Shown: positions 9,396-19,063 of the stretch, in pieces
Layout: every line of letters begins with the position of its first letter
Position numbering within the stretch: position 1 is the first letter of the stretch
NCBI GenBank assembly: GCA_964409615.1
Contig: CAYPDT010000001.1
Span: 587,102 to 651,101, forward strand
DNA: 64,000 bases
Direction: 5' to 3'
Source of the DNA: an uncultured Candidatus Saccharibacteria bacterium
GTDB lineage: Bacteria > Patescibacteriota > Saccharimonadia > Saccharimonadales > AWTP1-31
Notes under the pieces: model-generated
What the model was told of the DNA's origin: nothing
The model's database searches: none
Seen by the model: only the letters and a program-made list of their open reading frames with translations
Translations under genes and position numbers: made by a program

Positions 9396-10076
9396 ATGAG
9401 TATCCCAAAAACCGTTAAGGTTTTGCTGTTTTCGAGTGGAGTTAGTGGATTATTGTTTATTGCTCGTGCTATATCTCTTGGGAGTACCGATTATTGGTAC
9501 CTCAACTGGAATCTATTTTTGGCCTGGCTTCCATTTCTATTTTCTTACCTTGCAGTTCGCTATGTCACTAATCATGGGTGGCTTCACCCCAGGGGTCTAT
9601 TGCTGATAGCACTGTGGTTAGCATTCTTACCTAACAGTTTTTACATTGCTACAGACTTTATACATCTGCTAGAAAGCCCGACCAGCTCGCTATTGTTTGA
9701 TACGGTACTTATACTATCGTTTACCTTTAACGGTTTCTTGCTTGGATACTTGAGTATCTTACCTATACATAGTTTGTTGATTCGCCGTTTGCGACCCACA
9801 CGGGCGCACATCACCATAGCCAGTACATTCTTATTGTGCAGCTTCGCAATATATCTTGGGCGTTATCTACGATGGAACACTTGGGATATTGTCAGTAACC
9901 CACTTGGCTTGTTATTTGATGTGTCGGAGCGGTTCATAAACCCGTCATCTCACGAGCAGACCTTTCGTACGACTGCACTATTCTTTGTGCTAATAGGTAC
10001 CTTCTATGTCGTGTTGTGGCAGCTAGGTACAGAAAAAATTCACACCTCGTCAAAGCCCACCAAGGGTAATCAGTAG
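9396..10076 (+). CDS. integral membrane protein (DUF1361-like)
   Basis: Six predicted TM segments. ..WNLFLAWLPF.. resembles DUF1361. Confidence 0.4.
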   Translation: MSIPKTVKVLLFSSGVSGLLFIARAISLGSTDYWYLNWNLFLAWLPFLFSYLAVRYVTNHGWLHPRGLLLIALWLAFLPNSFYIATDFIHLLESPTSSLLFDTVLILSFTFNGFLLGYLSILPIHSLLIRRLRPTRAHITIASTFLLCSFAIYLGRYLRWNTWDIVSNPLGLLFDVSERFINPSSHEQTFRTTALFFVLIGTFYVVLWQLGTEKIHTSSKPTKGNQ

Positions 10077-10109
10077 CCATTAGGCGCCTAACAGGTTAAA
10101 ATAGAAGCA

Positions 10110-11768
10110 ATGAATGCTATAAAAAACGCTATCGAGCAGGCTGTTGCTGATTTGTTTCAACTTGATGTCGAAGCAGAGCTTACACGCCCAGACCCGCAAT
10201 TTGGTGACTTCGCCACTAATGTGGCGCTGCAGTTGGCTAAGCAAGTAGGAAAGAATCCTCGTGATGTTGGAGAACAATTAATCACGCAGCTCATTGCCAA
10301 TAAGTCTGACGACATCGCAGAAGTAACTCTGGCGGGGCCGGGATTTATTAATCTTCGAGTGAGTGATACCGTTTTGCTGGCGCAGTTACGCCAAGCCACG
10401 GAAATAAATCAAAGCTTAGCTAACAAGCAGGTGGTTACTGAATACTCAGACCCAAATCCTTTCAAGGTACTCCATGCCGGACACCTGTACACCAGTGTGG
10501 TAGGTGACGCCATATCTAACTTGCTGGAAACGGCCGGGGCAGATGTACATCGGGTCAATTTTGGTGGTGACGTGGGTTTGCATGTAGGTAAAACACTCTG
10601 GGCTGTTCTAAAAGACCTCGGAGGGGAGCATCCAGAAAAACTAGATGATATTGCCGAGTCAGATCGGTCTGAGTGGCTGGCACGTTGTTATATAACTGGC
10701 ACTAATGCATACGAAGATGATCAAGCTGCCAAAGAAGAAATCATAGCCTTCAATAAGCAGGTATATGCTACGCACAGTAACAACGACAAAGAGTCGCCAT
10801 TTGCCAAGATTTACTGGACAACTCGGCAGTGGAGTTATGACTATTTTGATGACTTTTATAAGCGCATTGGTTCTAATTTCGAACGTTATTATCCAGAGAG
10901 CACAGTGGCAGATTTAGGCCTCACAACTGTTAAAGCGCATATCCAACAGGGTATCTTTGAAGAATCTGACGGTGCGGTAGTTTTTAGGGGTGAGCCATAC
11001 GGTCTGCATACACGGGTATTTATAAACAAAGAGGGTCTGCCGACTTACGAGGCTAAAGACGTTGGCCTGATTATGACCAAGCATCAAGACTACGCCTTTG
11101 ATAAATCTGTTGTTATTACTGGCAACGAGCAAGAGCAGTATATGGCAGTGGTTTTGAAAGCTATTGAGCAGTTCGAACCTGACCTAGTAGCCAAGACTGC
11201 ACATCTAACTCACGGCCTGGTTAAGCTTAAGGGCGGAGTTAAGATGAGTAGCCGAAAGGGCAATATCTTACGTGCGGTAGACGTGCTGGACGCTGCCCAA
11301 GCAGCCAATACAAAGGCTGATGCTACAGTTACACTAGGTGCTGTTAAATACGCTTTCTTGAAAGTACGGACTGGCGGTGATATCATATACGACCCCGAAG
11401 AATCAGTCAGTACCGAAGGTAATAGTGGGCCTTACTTGCAGTATGCACACGCACGAGCATCAAGTATTCTCCGAAAAACTGAACACAAAATTGATGCACC
11501 GAACCAGCTCGATGCTGCCGAGAGGGTACTGGCTGTTAAGATTACTGAATTTAGTGAGGTGACTAGCAAGGCTGTGATAGAGCTTGCTCCACACCTAGTT
11601 TGTACCTACTTGTATGAACTCGCCCAGGTGTTTAATCGTTTTTACGAGCACAACCGTGTTATAGGTGACGAGCGGGAATCAGCTCGACTATACCTAATTA
11701 GCCAATACGTTGCGGTTCTTAAAAAAGGACTTAATATTCTTGGAGTTCACGCGCCGGCCACGATGTAG
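10110..11768 (+). CDS. argS: arginine--tRNA ligase
   Basis: 552 aa class I aaRS with HIGH-like ..HAGHL.. and KMSK-like ..KMSSRKG.., plus the ArgRS N-terminal add-1 and C-terminal DALRY-type anticodon-binding architecture. Confidence 0.88.
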   Translation: MNAIKNAIEQAVADLFQLDVEAELTRPDPQFGDFATNVALQLAKQVGKNPRDVGEQLITQLIANKSDDIAEVTLAGPGFINLRVSDTVLLAQLRQATEINQSLANKQVVTEYSDPNPFKVLHAGHLYTSVVGDAISNLLETAGADVHRVNFGGDVGLHVGKTLWAVLKDLGGEHPEKLDDIAESDRSEWLARCYITGTNAYEDDQAAKEEIIAFNKQVYATHSNNDKESPFAKIYWTTRQWSYDYFDDFYKRIGSNFERYYPESTVADLGLTTVKAHIQQGIFEESDGAVVFRGEPYGLHTRVFINKEGLPTYEAKDVGLIMTKHQDYAFDKSVVITGNEQEQYMAVVLKAIEQFEPDLVAKTAHLTHGLVKLKGGVKMSSRKGNILRAVDVLDAAQAANTKADATVTLGAVKYAFLKVRTGGDIIYDPEESVSTEGNSGPYLQYAHARASSILRKTEHKIDAPNQLDAAERVLAVKITEFSEVTSKAVIELAPHLVCTYLYELAQVFNRFYEHNRVIGDERESARLYLISQYVAVLKKGLNILGVHAPATM

Positions 11769-12162
11769 CAGGTAATTTACCTAATCGTCGGTCGACCACT
11801 CGTTGCGCCTTTGCAAATATTCCACATACTAGAGCACCAGCAATGCGGTTTTTGAGAGGGTCTTCATTCCAACGAACAGGCTTACCGCCTCTTAGAACAT
11901 CTATGTGATTTTGAGCGGCTAGGCTATAAGCCACTCCCAGCCCTGCAGACAGAGTGAAGGCTACCGCATCACGTTGTCGTACTGAGTCGGCTGCATTGCG
12001 AACATTCTCTACTGCGCCAACCGCAAGCATCGCACCGTCTAGTGCGAAGCTAGCTGGAGTAGGTTCTGGGTTTAGACTTGCTTTTGCTGCGAGCACTAAA
12101 GGCATTGCCTCCATGGTAATTGCTGCAGTATGAACATCGGTGGGTAGAAAAGTGTTAGACAT
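11731..12162 (-). CDS. hypothetical protein
   Basis: ORF convergent with argS, with which it overlaps at the 3' end. ATG at 12160-12162. No recognisable motif. Confidence 0.35.
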   Translation of the reverse strand: MSNTFLPTDVHTAAITMEAMPLVLAAKASLNPEPTPASFALDGAMLAVGAVENVRNAADSVRQRDAVAFTLSAGLGVAYSLAAQNHIDVLRGGKPVRWNEDPLKNRIAGALVCGIFAKAQRVVDRRLGKLPATSWPARELQEY

Positions 12163-12194
12163 GACCGAATTATACCAGATACAATGCATCTAAC

Positions 12195-12902
12195 ATGACG
12201 ACAGTGAAGCTTATTCAACAAGCCCTACGTGATCAATCCGACCCCATAAAGGCAGATTTTTTTCCACATTTTTTTAAGCTTGAACCAGGCGACAAGGATG
12301 AATTTTTAGGAGTTACCGTACCTAAGCAGCGAACTATCGTTAAAGAATTTTATCGCCAGATATCATCGGAAGAGGTTGCACAACTACTTCATTCAACGGT
12401 GCACGAAGAGCGATTAACGGCGCTTATGATTTGGGTTTTACAATACCAAAAGGGTACTGAAGAACAAAAGAAAGACATCTACAATCTATACCTAAAGAAT
12501 ACCAAGTGGATTAATAACTGGGATTTAGTAGATGCTAGTTGCCGAGATATCGTCGGTGCATTTCTACAAGACAAAGACCGCAGCATTTTAGATACGCTGA
12601 GTCATTCAGCGAACATTTGGGAGCGTCGAATTGCCATTGTTTGCACCTGGCAATTCATTCGACTCGGTGACTTTGAGTGGACGCTTCGGCTCGCCGAACA
12701 GTATCTAACTGATAACCATCACTATATACACAAGGCTACCGGCTGGATGTTACGTGAGGTGGGCAAGCGAGACCGGCAGGTTCTGGTGGATTTCTTAGAA
12801 GCTCATGCAGCCCAGATGCCCCGCACTGCACTTCGATACGCAATCGAACATTTCGACAAAGATACCAGACAACACTTCATGAATCAAAAATTGACGAACT
12901 GA
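12195..12902 (+). CDS. DNA alkylation repair protein (AlkD/AlkC-like HEAT-repeat glycosylase family)
   Basis: ..NNWDLVDASCRDIVGAF.. and ..ERRIAIV.. are signatures of the DNA_alkylation family. Confidence 0.7.
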   Translation: MTTVKLIQQALRDQSDPIKADFFPHFFKLEPGDKDEFLGVTVPKQRTIVKEFYRQISSEEVAQLLHSTVHEERLTALMIWVLQYQKGTEEQKKDIYNLYLKNTKWINNWDLVDASCRDIVGAFLQDKDRSILDTLSHSANIWERRIAIVCTWQFIRLGDFEWTLRLAEQYLTDNHHYIHKATGWMLREVGKRDRQVLVDFLEAHAAQMPRTALRYAIEHFDKDTRQHFMNQKLTN

Positions 12903-12958
12903 GCTACAATAACGTTAGCGGTATTGTTAAAAATATAACTCTAATTGAGGGAGATAAG

Positions 12959-13366
12959 ATGAAAATAAACTATCCTGCACTGTATGGAATTGCAGCTGGG
13001 CTGTTCGTGCTATTCGATGCAATCTGGTTAGGTGCTATTGCAAAAAAGCTTTATGCAACAGAACTTAAGGGGCTGATGACAAATAATGTGAAGTGGGGCG
13101 CGGCAGTTTTGTTCTATCTCGTGTTTATTGCCGGCTTGCTATATTTTGTAGTCGGGCCTGCGTTAAAAGCCGACTCTAGTAGTAGTCTAGTTTTCGCTGG
13201 TGCATTTTTCGGATTTGTAACCTATGCTACGTATGATTTAACTAACTACGCAACGCTTAAAGGCTTCCCACTAAAGATAGTCATTATCGATATGTTGTGG
13301 GGCTCAACAGTGAGCGCTATGGTTGCGTGGTTTTCGTACTTAGTGTATACAAAGGTTATAAAATAA
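12959..13366 (+). CDS. small multi-TM membrane protein (DUF2177-like)
   Basis: Four hydrophobic helices. Resembles DUF2177. Confidence 0.4.
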   Translation: MKINYPALYGIAAGLFVLFDAIWLGAIAKKLYATELKGLMTNNVKWGAAVLFYLVFIAGLLYFVVGPALKADSSSSLVFAGAFFGFVTYATYDLTNYATLKGFPLKIVIIDMLWGSTVSAMVAWFSYLVYTKVIK

Positions 13367-13376
13367 AGGAGTTACG

Positions 13377-13709
13377 GTGAACAAGCAACTTAAAGGTTTT
13401 ATGGATTTTGTGCGCGAACAAGGTGTCGTCGGCTTAGCGGTCGGTCTGGCAATTGGTACCCAGGCAGGCAAAGCAGTCGAAGCATTGGTCAAAGGGCTTA
13501 TTAACCCTATTGTGAGCTTTATTGTTGGTGATACCAAGGGCCTTGAAGACGCCACTTGGACAGTCTATAAAGGCTCTGAGCGACAGTTAGTATTTGGATG
13601 GGGTGGTATAGTTTCAGCCCTCATTACTCTTGTAGCCGTTGCAGCAGTTATCTATTACGTCGTACATGGTCTAAAACTCGACAAATTAGATCGCAAAAAA
13701 GATAAATAG
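13377..13709 (+). CDS. mscL: large-conductance mechanosensitive channel
   Basis: 110 aa. ..GFMDFVREQGVVGLAVGLAIG..AF..VKGLINPIVS.. matches the MscL TM1 and periplasmic loop. Confidence 0.85.
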   Translation: MNKQLKGFMDFVREQGVVGLAVGLAIGTQAGKAVEALVKGLINPIVSFIVGDTKGLEDATWTVYKGSERQLVFGWGGIVSALITLVAVAAVIYYVVHGLKLDKLDRKKDK

Positions 13710-13831
13710 TAGCTATACTATAAGTCTAGGGCACTCCAAGTTTGCTCCCGGAAAGGATGAATATGCCATCGGGAATACCGCCTAGCAGACATACACAGCA
13801 ATCGGCGTGCACAATAATGCACGACACATAA

Positions 13832-13858
13832 CCGTCAGAGAAATCTGGCGGTTTTTTT
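13832..13858 (+). terminator. terminator-like hairpin plus U-tract in the pyrB leader (candidate attenuator)
   Basis: 7-bp stem CCGUCAG/CUGGCGG (one G-U pair) with a 6-nt loop, followed by a 7-nt T-run. Lies 45 nt upstream of the pyrB ATG. Confidence 0.35.
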
Positions 13859-13904
13859 ATGTCTTGAAAACAACGCAATGCAAGCAGTAACACAGGAGTG
13901 AAAC

Positions 13905-14876
13905 ATGGATAAAATAGCAGGCGACTACTTAGGTAAGAACATCATTTCAATTGAGCAATTTGATCACCCTGATATTGAAATATTATTCGAGGAAGCAAAT
14001 CGACTACAAACTGTTACGGAAAGAGGGCTATGCTATCCGTATCAAGATGGTAGAATACTCACCAACTTATTCTACGAGTCATCCACTAGAACATCATCTT
14101 CGTTCGCTGCCGCAATGCAACGACTAGGGGGAGGTGTGATTCCTATAAATGATGTCACGTATTCATCGGTAAGTAAGGGCGAGAATCTAGCCGATACGGT
14201 GCGAACGTTAGCGCAGTTTTCAGACGCTATAGTGCTCAGGCATCCCGAACAGGGTAGCGCCCAAATTGCTGCCGAGTATTCTGATAAGCCAATAATTAAT
14301 GGTGGAGATGGCATCGGTGAGCACCCTACCCAAGCCCTACTCGATTTGTATACAATTCAACGCGAGCAGGGCACTTTAGATAATTTACGGGTAGCCCTGG
14401 TGGGTGACCTCAAACACGGTCGGACGGTACATTCACTTGCGCAACTATTGATGGGCTACGGAGCAACACTTACCTATGTAGCGCCAGAAGGTTTTGAAAT
14501 GCCCAGCGAGCTTGTAAAGCGTGCGGCTGAAGCAAGATGTGAACAAGTGGTAGTCTCGGATATTACCGATGCAGTAGTCGACCAAGATGTGATTTATGTA
14601 ACTCGAGTACAAGCTGAGCGTATGGGAGGTCGAAGTGACCTTCATGGTAGAAATGCACTGAAAAAGTTACAAGATGGCTATCGAATTACCCCAGAAGTTA
14701 TGGAGCATGCACCAGAAACTAGTACATTAATGCACCCATTGCCACGTGTGGGCGAGATTGATATGGCGGTCGACAAAGACCCACGAGCGGCTTACTTTCG
14801 ACAAGTACAGAATGGCTTGTATATACGCATGGCACTACTCAATCTAGTACTCGGGAAGGTTATTGATAGAGTATGA
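13905..14876 (+). CDS. pyrB: aspartate carbamoyltransferase catalytic chain-like
   Basis: ..SSTRTSSSF.. (STRT CP-binding), ..HPTQALLDLYTI.., ..YVTRVQAERMGG.. and ..MHPLPRV.. match ATCase rather than OTCase. AGGAG RBS. Confidence 0.8.
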   Translation: MDKIAGDYLGKNIISIEQFDHPDIEILFEEANRLQTVTERGLCYPYQDGRILTNLFYESSTRTSSSFAAAMQRLGGGVIPINDVTYSSVSKGENLADTVRTLAQFSDAIVLRHPEQGSAQIAAEYSDKPIINGGDGIGEHPTQALLDLYTIQREQGTLDNLRVALVGDLKHGRTVHSLAQLLMGYGATLTYVAPEGFEMPSELVKRAAEARCEQVVVSDITDAVVDQDVIYVTRVQAERMGGRSDLHGRNALKKLQDGYRITPEVMEHAPETSTLMHPLPRVGEIDMAVDKDPRAAYFRQVQNGLYIRMALLNLVLGKVIDRV

Positions 14877-14883
14877 TGAGAGT

Positions 14884-15273
14884 ATGGATGACAAAGATTG
14901 GAAGAAAAAATTAACCCCGGAACAATACCAGGTGTTACGCAATAAAGGCACCGAATCACCCGGCAGCGGCAAGTTTCTGAACCACAACGAAAAAGGAATG
15001 TATACCTGTGCTGCTTGTGGCAACGAGTTGTTTAGCAGTGATAGCAAATATGACTCTACCGAGCCAGGCCTTATCGGTTGGCCAAGTTTTTCAGAGTTGG
15101 CCAGCAATGCCGCTGTGAAATTACTGCCAGACGACAGCCTTGGCATGCGACGTACCGAAGTAATCTGTGCTCAGTGTGGCGGTCATCTTGGTCATGTGTT
15201 TGCAGCTGGCGACTCACCGACAGGGCAGCACTATTGCATCAACTCTGCGGCCCTAGATTTTGTAAAAGAATAG
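14884..15273 (+). CDS. msrB: peptide-methionine (R)-S-oxide reductase
   Basis: ..CAACGNELF.. and ..CAQCGGHLGHVF.. Zn/catalytic Cys motifs of SelR/MsrB. ATG at 14884 is favoured over the ORF-track TTG at 14863. Confidence 0.85.
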   Translation: MDDKDWKKKLTPEQYQVLRNKGTESPGSGKFLNHNEKGMYTCAACGNELFSSDSKYDSTEPGLIGWPSFSELASNAAVKLLPDDSLGMRRTEVICAQCGGHLGHVFAAGDSPTGQHYCINSAALDFVKE

Positions 15274-15332
15274 ATTAGCAAAATAAGCAATAAAGTACTA
15301 TAATCGTCTACTACAGAACGATTTTATTACAC

Positions 15333-15917
15333 ATGGCAACATTTAACCCGCTTGGCATTCCTACAGAATTTACTACTGGTTACAGTTTTGAAGTACCAGT
15401 TGAGTTTGCTGCTACGCAGGAACGATTAGTACCAAGTGTTGCTACCCTCGAACAGCAATTTGATATGTATTTAGGCGTTAATGATATGGCTGCACCAACA
15501 TATGAGGCAGTACTTTGTGACATGCAAGCAGAAGCTCTCGAATCACATCTACTTGATTATGTCGGTGATGTCGAAGTAGATGAACTAGATTTATTCAAAG
15601 ACGCTGCATCATACTTTGCGAAGCGTGGAGTGAACATATTTCGACGTTTACATCCCACAGACGAGACTAACAACCAGAAGATACAGGCATCTGCAGTTAC
15701 ACCTCAAGCACTTATAGATGCTTACCAATATGCCTTAATTGGCGACCAACTTGGCTCGCCCACGCTAGTTCTGACAGCAGTACAGATGTATAACGCTCAC
15801 TTTCACGCACAACACCGCGCCAACACTGCCCAAGCGGAATTGGCGTCTATCGAAGTGCTCACGCCACCGGTGCTCACTGTAATACAGGGTGGCGCTTCAA
15901 ACACTGCCGCAAGCTAG
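15333..15917 (+). CDS. hypothetical protein
   Basis: 194-aa ORF with no recognisable motif. Confidence 0.45.
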   Translation: MATFNPLGIPTEFTTGYSFEVPVEFAATQERLVPSVATLEQQFDMYLGVNDMAAPTYEAVLCDMQAEALESHLLDYVGDVEVDELDLFKDAASYFAKRGVNIFRRLHPTDETNNQKIQASAVTPQALIDAYQYALIGDQLGSPTLVLTAVQMYNAHFHAQHRANTAQAELASIEVLTPPVLTVIQGGASNTAAS

Positions 15918-15923
15918 ACTGAC

Positions 15924-16271
15924 TTATTTTGTCGAAGTAGGTTGTTCGTAGTATTTTGCACCCCACTGAGCTAGCTGTTGAAGGGCAGGCACGCAGTCTA
16001 AGCCTTTTTGGGTGATGGTATATTCCACGCGCGGTGGAACTTCGGCGTATGATTTTTTCGTAATAATGCCACATTGTTCCAGGTCATCTAAGCGCTGCGA
16101 CAGCGTACGAGGGCTGATGCCAGCCAGTGATTTCTCAAGTTCGCCAAAGCGTTTAGAACCGCCATTTAAGTCACGTAAAATAAGGGCCGACCATTTGTTG
16201 CCAAGCACACTGAGTGCATTGGCGAGGCAGCCATCTTTTTCTTCTATTTGCGCGCAAATATTTTCGTCCAT
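15924..16271 (-). CDS. HxlR-family winged-helix transcriptional regulator
   Basis: ..VLGNKWSALILRDL...RFGELEKSL.GISPRTLSQRLDDLEQCGII.. is the HxlR signature. Divergent from an FMN reductase gene. Confidence 0.8.
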   Translation of the reverse strand: MDENICAQIEEKDGCLANALSVLGNKWSALILRDLNGGSKRFGELEKSLAGISPRTLSQRLDDLEQCGIITKKSYAEVPPRVEYTITQKGLDCVPALQQLAQWGAKYYEQPTSTK

Positions 16272-16345
16272 GCTTTACAAAGTATAGTGATATGCGTTAT
16301 AGTGCATTCACTAACTATAAAAAGTATAGCATGGAGATGTAACAG

Positions 16346-16921
16346 ATGAAAGTACAAATTATTATTGGTAGTACTCGCCCAGGCCGACAGTCGGATAAAC
16401 TAGCCAAGTGGGTGACTAATCACACTAAAGAATTCCAGAACATCGAAACCGAGGTTGTTGATTTACAAGACTATGACCTGCCTCTTTTCAATGAACCGAG
16501 TTCACCACAATACACACCAGACCGAAAGACAACTGGTGTGGTAAAGCAATGGATTGATAAACTGGCCGAAGCAGATGGCTACATTCTTATTACTCCAGAG
16601 TACAACCGTTCAACTTCTGGGGTATTAAAAAACGCTATCGACTATATCGACTACCAGTGGGACAAGAAGCCTGTTGCCATAGTTGCCCATGGTAGTACTG
16701 GTGGTGCACAGGCAGTAGGCCACCTACGAGGAATCATTCCTGGTGCGCTTGGTGTCTCACTGCCTAGAGTTGTCTATTTTGCACACCGTGTTGGTGACGT
16801 CGTGAATGAAGAAGGTGAATTAGCAGAAGAATTGCGAAACAACCCCTGGGGGCCAGAAGCTGCGCTCAAACAACTTCTGACGGATCTTGACTGGTATCTT
16901 TCAGCACTCCGAAAAGCATAG
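16346..16921 (+). CDS. NAD(P)H-dependent FMN reductase (flavodoxin-like fold)
   Basis: N-terminal ..MKVQIIIGSTRPGRQSDKLAKWV.. and ..ILITPEYNRSTSGVLKNAID.. motifs. Confidence 0.8.
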   Translation: MKVQIIIGSTRPGRQSDKLAKWVTNHTKEFQNIETEVVDLQDYDLPLFNEPSSPQYTPDRKTTGVVKQWIDKLAEADGYILITPEYNRSTSGVLKNAIDYIDYQWDKKPVAIVAHGSTGGAQAVGHLRGIIPGALGVSLPRVVYFAHRVGDVVNEEGELAEELRNNPWGPEAALKQLLTDLDWYLSALRKA

Positions 16922-17024
16922 CAACAGCAGCCTTTAGTTAATAGAGGTCATAAAGTTGTATAAATATCACAAATATATTATAGTACGGCCAATACTATTA
17001 GTAATTTGAGAGATAATTCACACT

Positions 17025-18149
17025 ATGGCAGACCATACTTCTAGCGAATTTTACGGTGCACACATTGTTAGCGACCAAGACCCGGCTTCTCAAGCAGCAT
17101 TGTTCCGTATTCTTGGTATCAAACCACCAGAATCATCTTCATCCGAAGCAGCTATGGATAGTTTCTTCGATGATGAAGGAGCGTATGGTGAGGCGGCTGC
17201 CGAGCAACCGGACTACCGAGCTTACACAGACTCAGCTAGCCAACTCCGTGCAGATGAACGCGCTCAATACAGTGGGCTTTCCGATGAGCGAATAACTGAT
17301 GATAAGTTTGGATTGTGGGCCATTCCAGCACCTGGCGAGGACCAGTTAAATAGTCAGCCGTTTTCAACCGATGCACAGTCTGGCTCACGACTCGACAGTC
17401 TATTCAAAACCGCAACAACCGGCGAGGTACCGGTTGTTGTATCTACCGAAAAAACTCCGGTCGAACCAGCTAAAACTGTAAGATCTCCACTTTTTGGCAC
17501 TCCAGTTAAGGCGGCTGCGCCAGCAGAGGCTGTTGTTGCACCTGAAACTCTAGAGCGTCGAAAGTTTAGTCTACGCACCAAATTGGTTGCAATTGGTGCG
17601 GCAGTCCTGACAATTGCTGGAGTGGCAGCCGGTGTGTGGTATACGCGATCTGATGATAATGGTCCAGAAAAAGATGAGCGTGTAGCAGCTGCTACAGCTA
17701 CCGTCAGCACCACAACACTGCGGCCTACGGCTACAACCACAACAACTACATCACCTGTAAGCACAACTACGGTGCCACAGTCGACTACAACCACACCGAA
17801 TAATAGCCAGCTCACTCAATTAAATGGTGCTCCATCTGGGAAAGCTGAAAACACTCCACCCCCGCAGCAAGTTTCATCAGCTACCGTTTGTGTGGAGCGA
17901 GGGGATAACCTTACAAAAATTGTAAAACAGCAAATTTTTGGAGAAGGTAGTGGTGCGATTGTTGATGGTAACCGAATTCTTTCAGAGATTGTTCGGCAGG
18001 GTGTTCTGGATACGGCACAGTCGAACAAGTTAATAGGTAGTAAAGCCGATTTACTGCGTGTTGACCAATCTTTAGAAATACGTTGGAGCCCAGATTTTCA
18101 GAAAAAGGTAGATGCTGGTCGTATTGCTGTTGAACGCCTCAAGGCCTAG
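17025..18149 (+). CDS. bitopic membrane protein with Thr-rich linker and C-terminal globular domain
   Basis: Acidic cytoplasmic N-terminus, one TM (LVAIGAAVLTIAGVAAGVW), a poly-Thr linker, and a C-terminal domain with a weak LysM-like segment (VERGDNLTKIV). Confidence 0.5.
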   Translation: MADHTSSEFYGAHIVSDQDPASQAALFRILGIKPPESSSSEAAMDSFFDDEGAYGEAAAEQPDYRAYTDSASQLRADERAQYSGLSDERITDDKFGLWAIPAPGEDQLNSQPFSTDAQSGSRLDSLFKTATTGEVPVVVSTEKTPVEPAKTVRSPLFGTPVKAAAPAEAVVAPETLERRKFSLRTKLVAIGAAVLTIAGVAAGVWYTRSDDNGPEKDERVAAATATVSTTTLRPTATTTTTTSPVSTTTVPQSTTTTPNNSQLTQLNGAPSGKAENTPPPQQVSSATVCVERGDNLTKIVKQQIFGEGSGAIVDGNRILSEIVRQGVLDTAQSNKLIGSKADLLRVDQSLEIRWSPDFQKKVDAGRIAVERLKA

Positions 18150-18174
18150 GCTGTAATCTGCTACAATACGGTTT

Positions 18175-18717
18175 ATGGATAAAAACGCCACACCAACAAA
18201 ATTACTCTGGGTCGACTTAGAAATGACTGGTCTTGACCCAAAAACTGACCGAATTGTTGAAGTGGCGATTGAAGTAACCGACTTCGACTTTAAGGTTCTA
18301 GACCGCTATGAGGCAGTAATTCATCAGTCAGATGAAGTTATTAGTTCTATGAATCCCTGGGCAGCTTCGCAGCATTCTGCAAGCGGCCTGACTGCAAAAA
18401 TACGTTCTAGTACCAATAGCGAAGAGCAGGTTGTTGGCGAGGTTATCGGGCTTATCAAAGCACAATTTGGTGACGAAATGGCTATTTTGGCAGGTAACTC
18501 AATTTATAACGATCGGATGTTTATTAAGCAGTGGTGGCCAGAGGTTGATGCTTTGTTACATTACCGCATGGTAGATGTCAGTAGCCTAAAAGTTATCATG
18601 CAGGGCAAATATGGATACGTGCACGAAAAAGACAGTAGCCATCGGGCACTCGACGACATTCAAGCATCAATTACTGAACTAAAAGACTATTTGGTGAAAC
18701 TTAAACATGAATCATAA
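18175..18717 (+). CDS. orn: oligoribonuclease (DEDDh 3'-5' exonuclease)
   Basis: ..LLWVDLEMTGLDPKTDRIVEVA.. exo I motif and ..H.ALDDI.. exo III motif. 180 aa. Confidence 0.85.
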   Translation: MDKNATPTKLLWVDLEMTGLDPKTDRIVEVAIEVTDFDFKVLDRYEAVIHQSDEVISSMNPWAASQHSASGLTAKIRSSTNSEEQVVGEVIGLIKAQFGDEMAILAGNSIYNDRMFIKQWWPEVDALLHYRMVDVSSLKVIMQGKYGYVHEKDSSHRALDDIQASITELKDYLVKLKHES

Positions 18718-19063
18718 ACAAGTAGAAGAATATATCTTGAGCATGCCTAATGCTAAGCTCGACTATCCTTTTGGTGACGACGTTGCAGTGTATAAAGTGC
18801 CCGTAAAAGGTGATGACAAGATGTTTGCGCTCATCCAAGAGGGCAGTAGCCCCGTACGTATTAGCTTAAAATGCGACCCTGTTCTAGCAAAACTACTTCG
18901 TGATAAATATATAACCGTTATGGAAGGTTATCACCTTAATAAGAAACATTGGAATACCATTGTTTTGAGTGGCGAAATAGAATGGGAAGAAATTCAGGGT
19001 TTTATCCGACATAGCTATGACTTGGTGATTGGTGCGAAGAACGCCTACCCAGAAGTAGGCTAA
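18707..19063 (+). CDS. MmcQ/YjbR-family DNA-binding protein
   Basis: ..YPFGDDVAVYKV..KMFALI.. and ..HLNKKHWNTI.. are conserved in the YjbR family. Confidence 0.7.
   Translation: MNHKQVEEYILSMPNAKLDYPFGDDVAVYKVPVKGDDKMFALIQEGSSPVRISLKCDPVLAKLLRDKYITVMEGYHLNKKHWNTIVLSGEIEWEEIQGFIRHSYDLVIGAKNAYPEVG

Noticed and set aside
13905-14876. Ornithine carbamoyltransferase assignment for the STRT-motif protein
   Set aside because: HPTQALLD, the RVQAER (Arg/Gln aspartate-binding) motif and HPLP match ATCase. OTCase has HCLP and DxxxSMG motifs.
17680-17800. ACA/ACC-rich tandem repeats as a repeat element or CRISPR-like array
   Set aside because: They are in-frame codon repeats encoding poly-Thr in a surface protein. 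There is no repeat-spacer architecture. No CRISPR array was found anywhere in the window.
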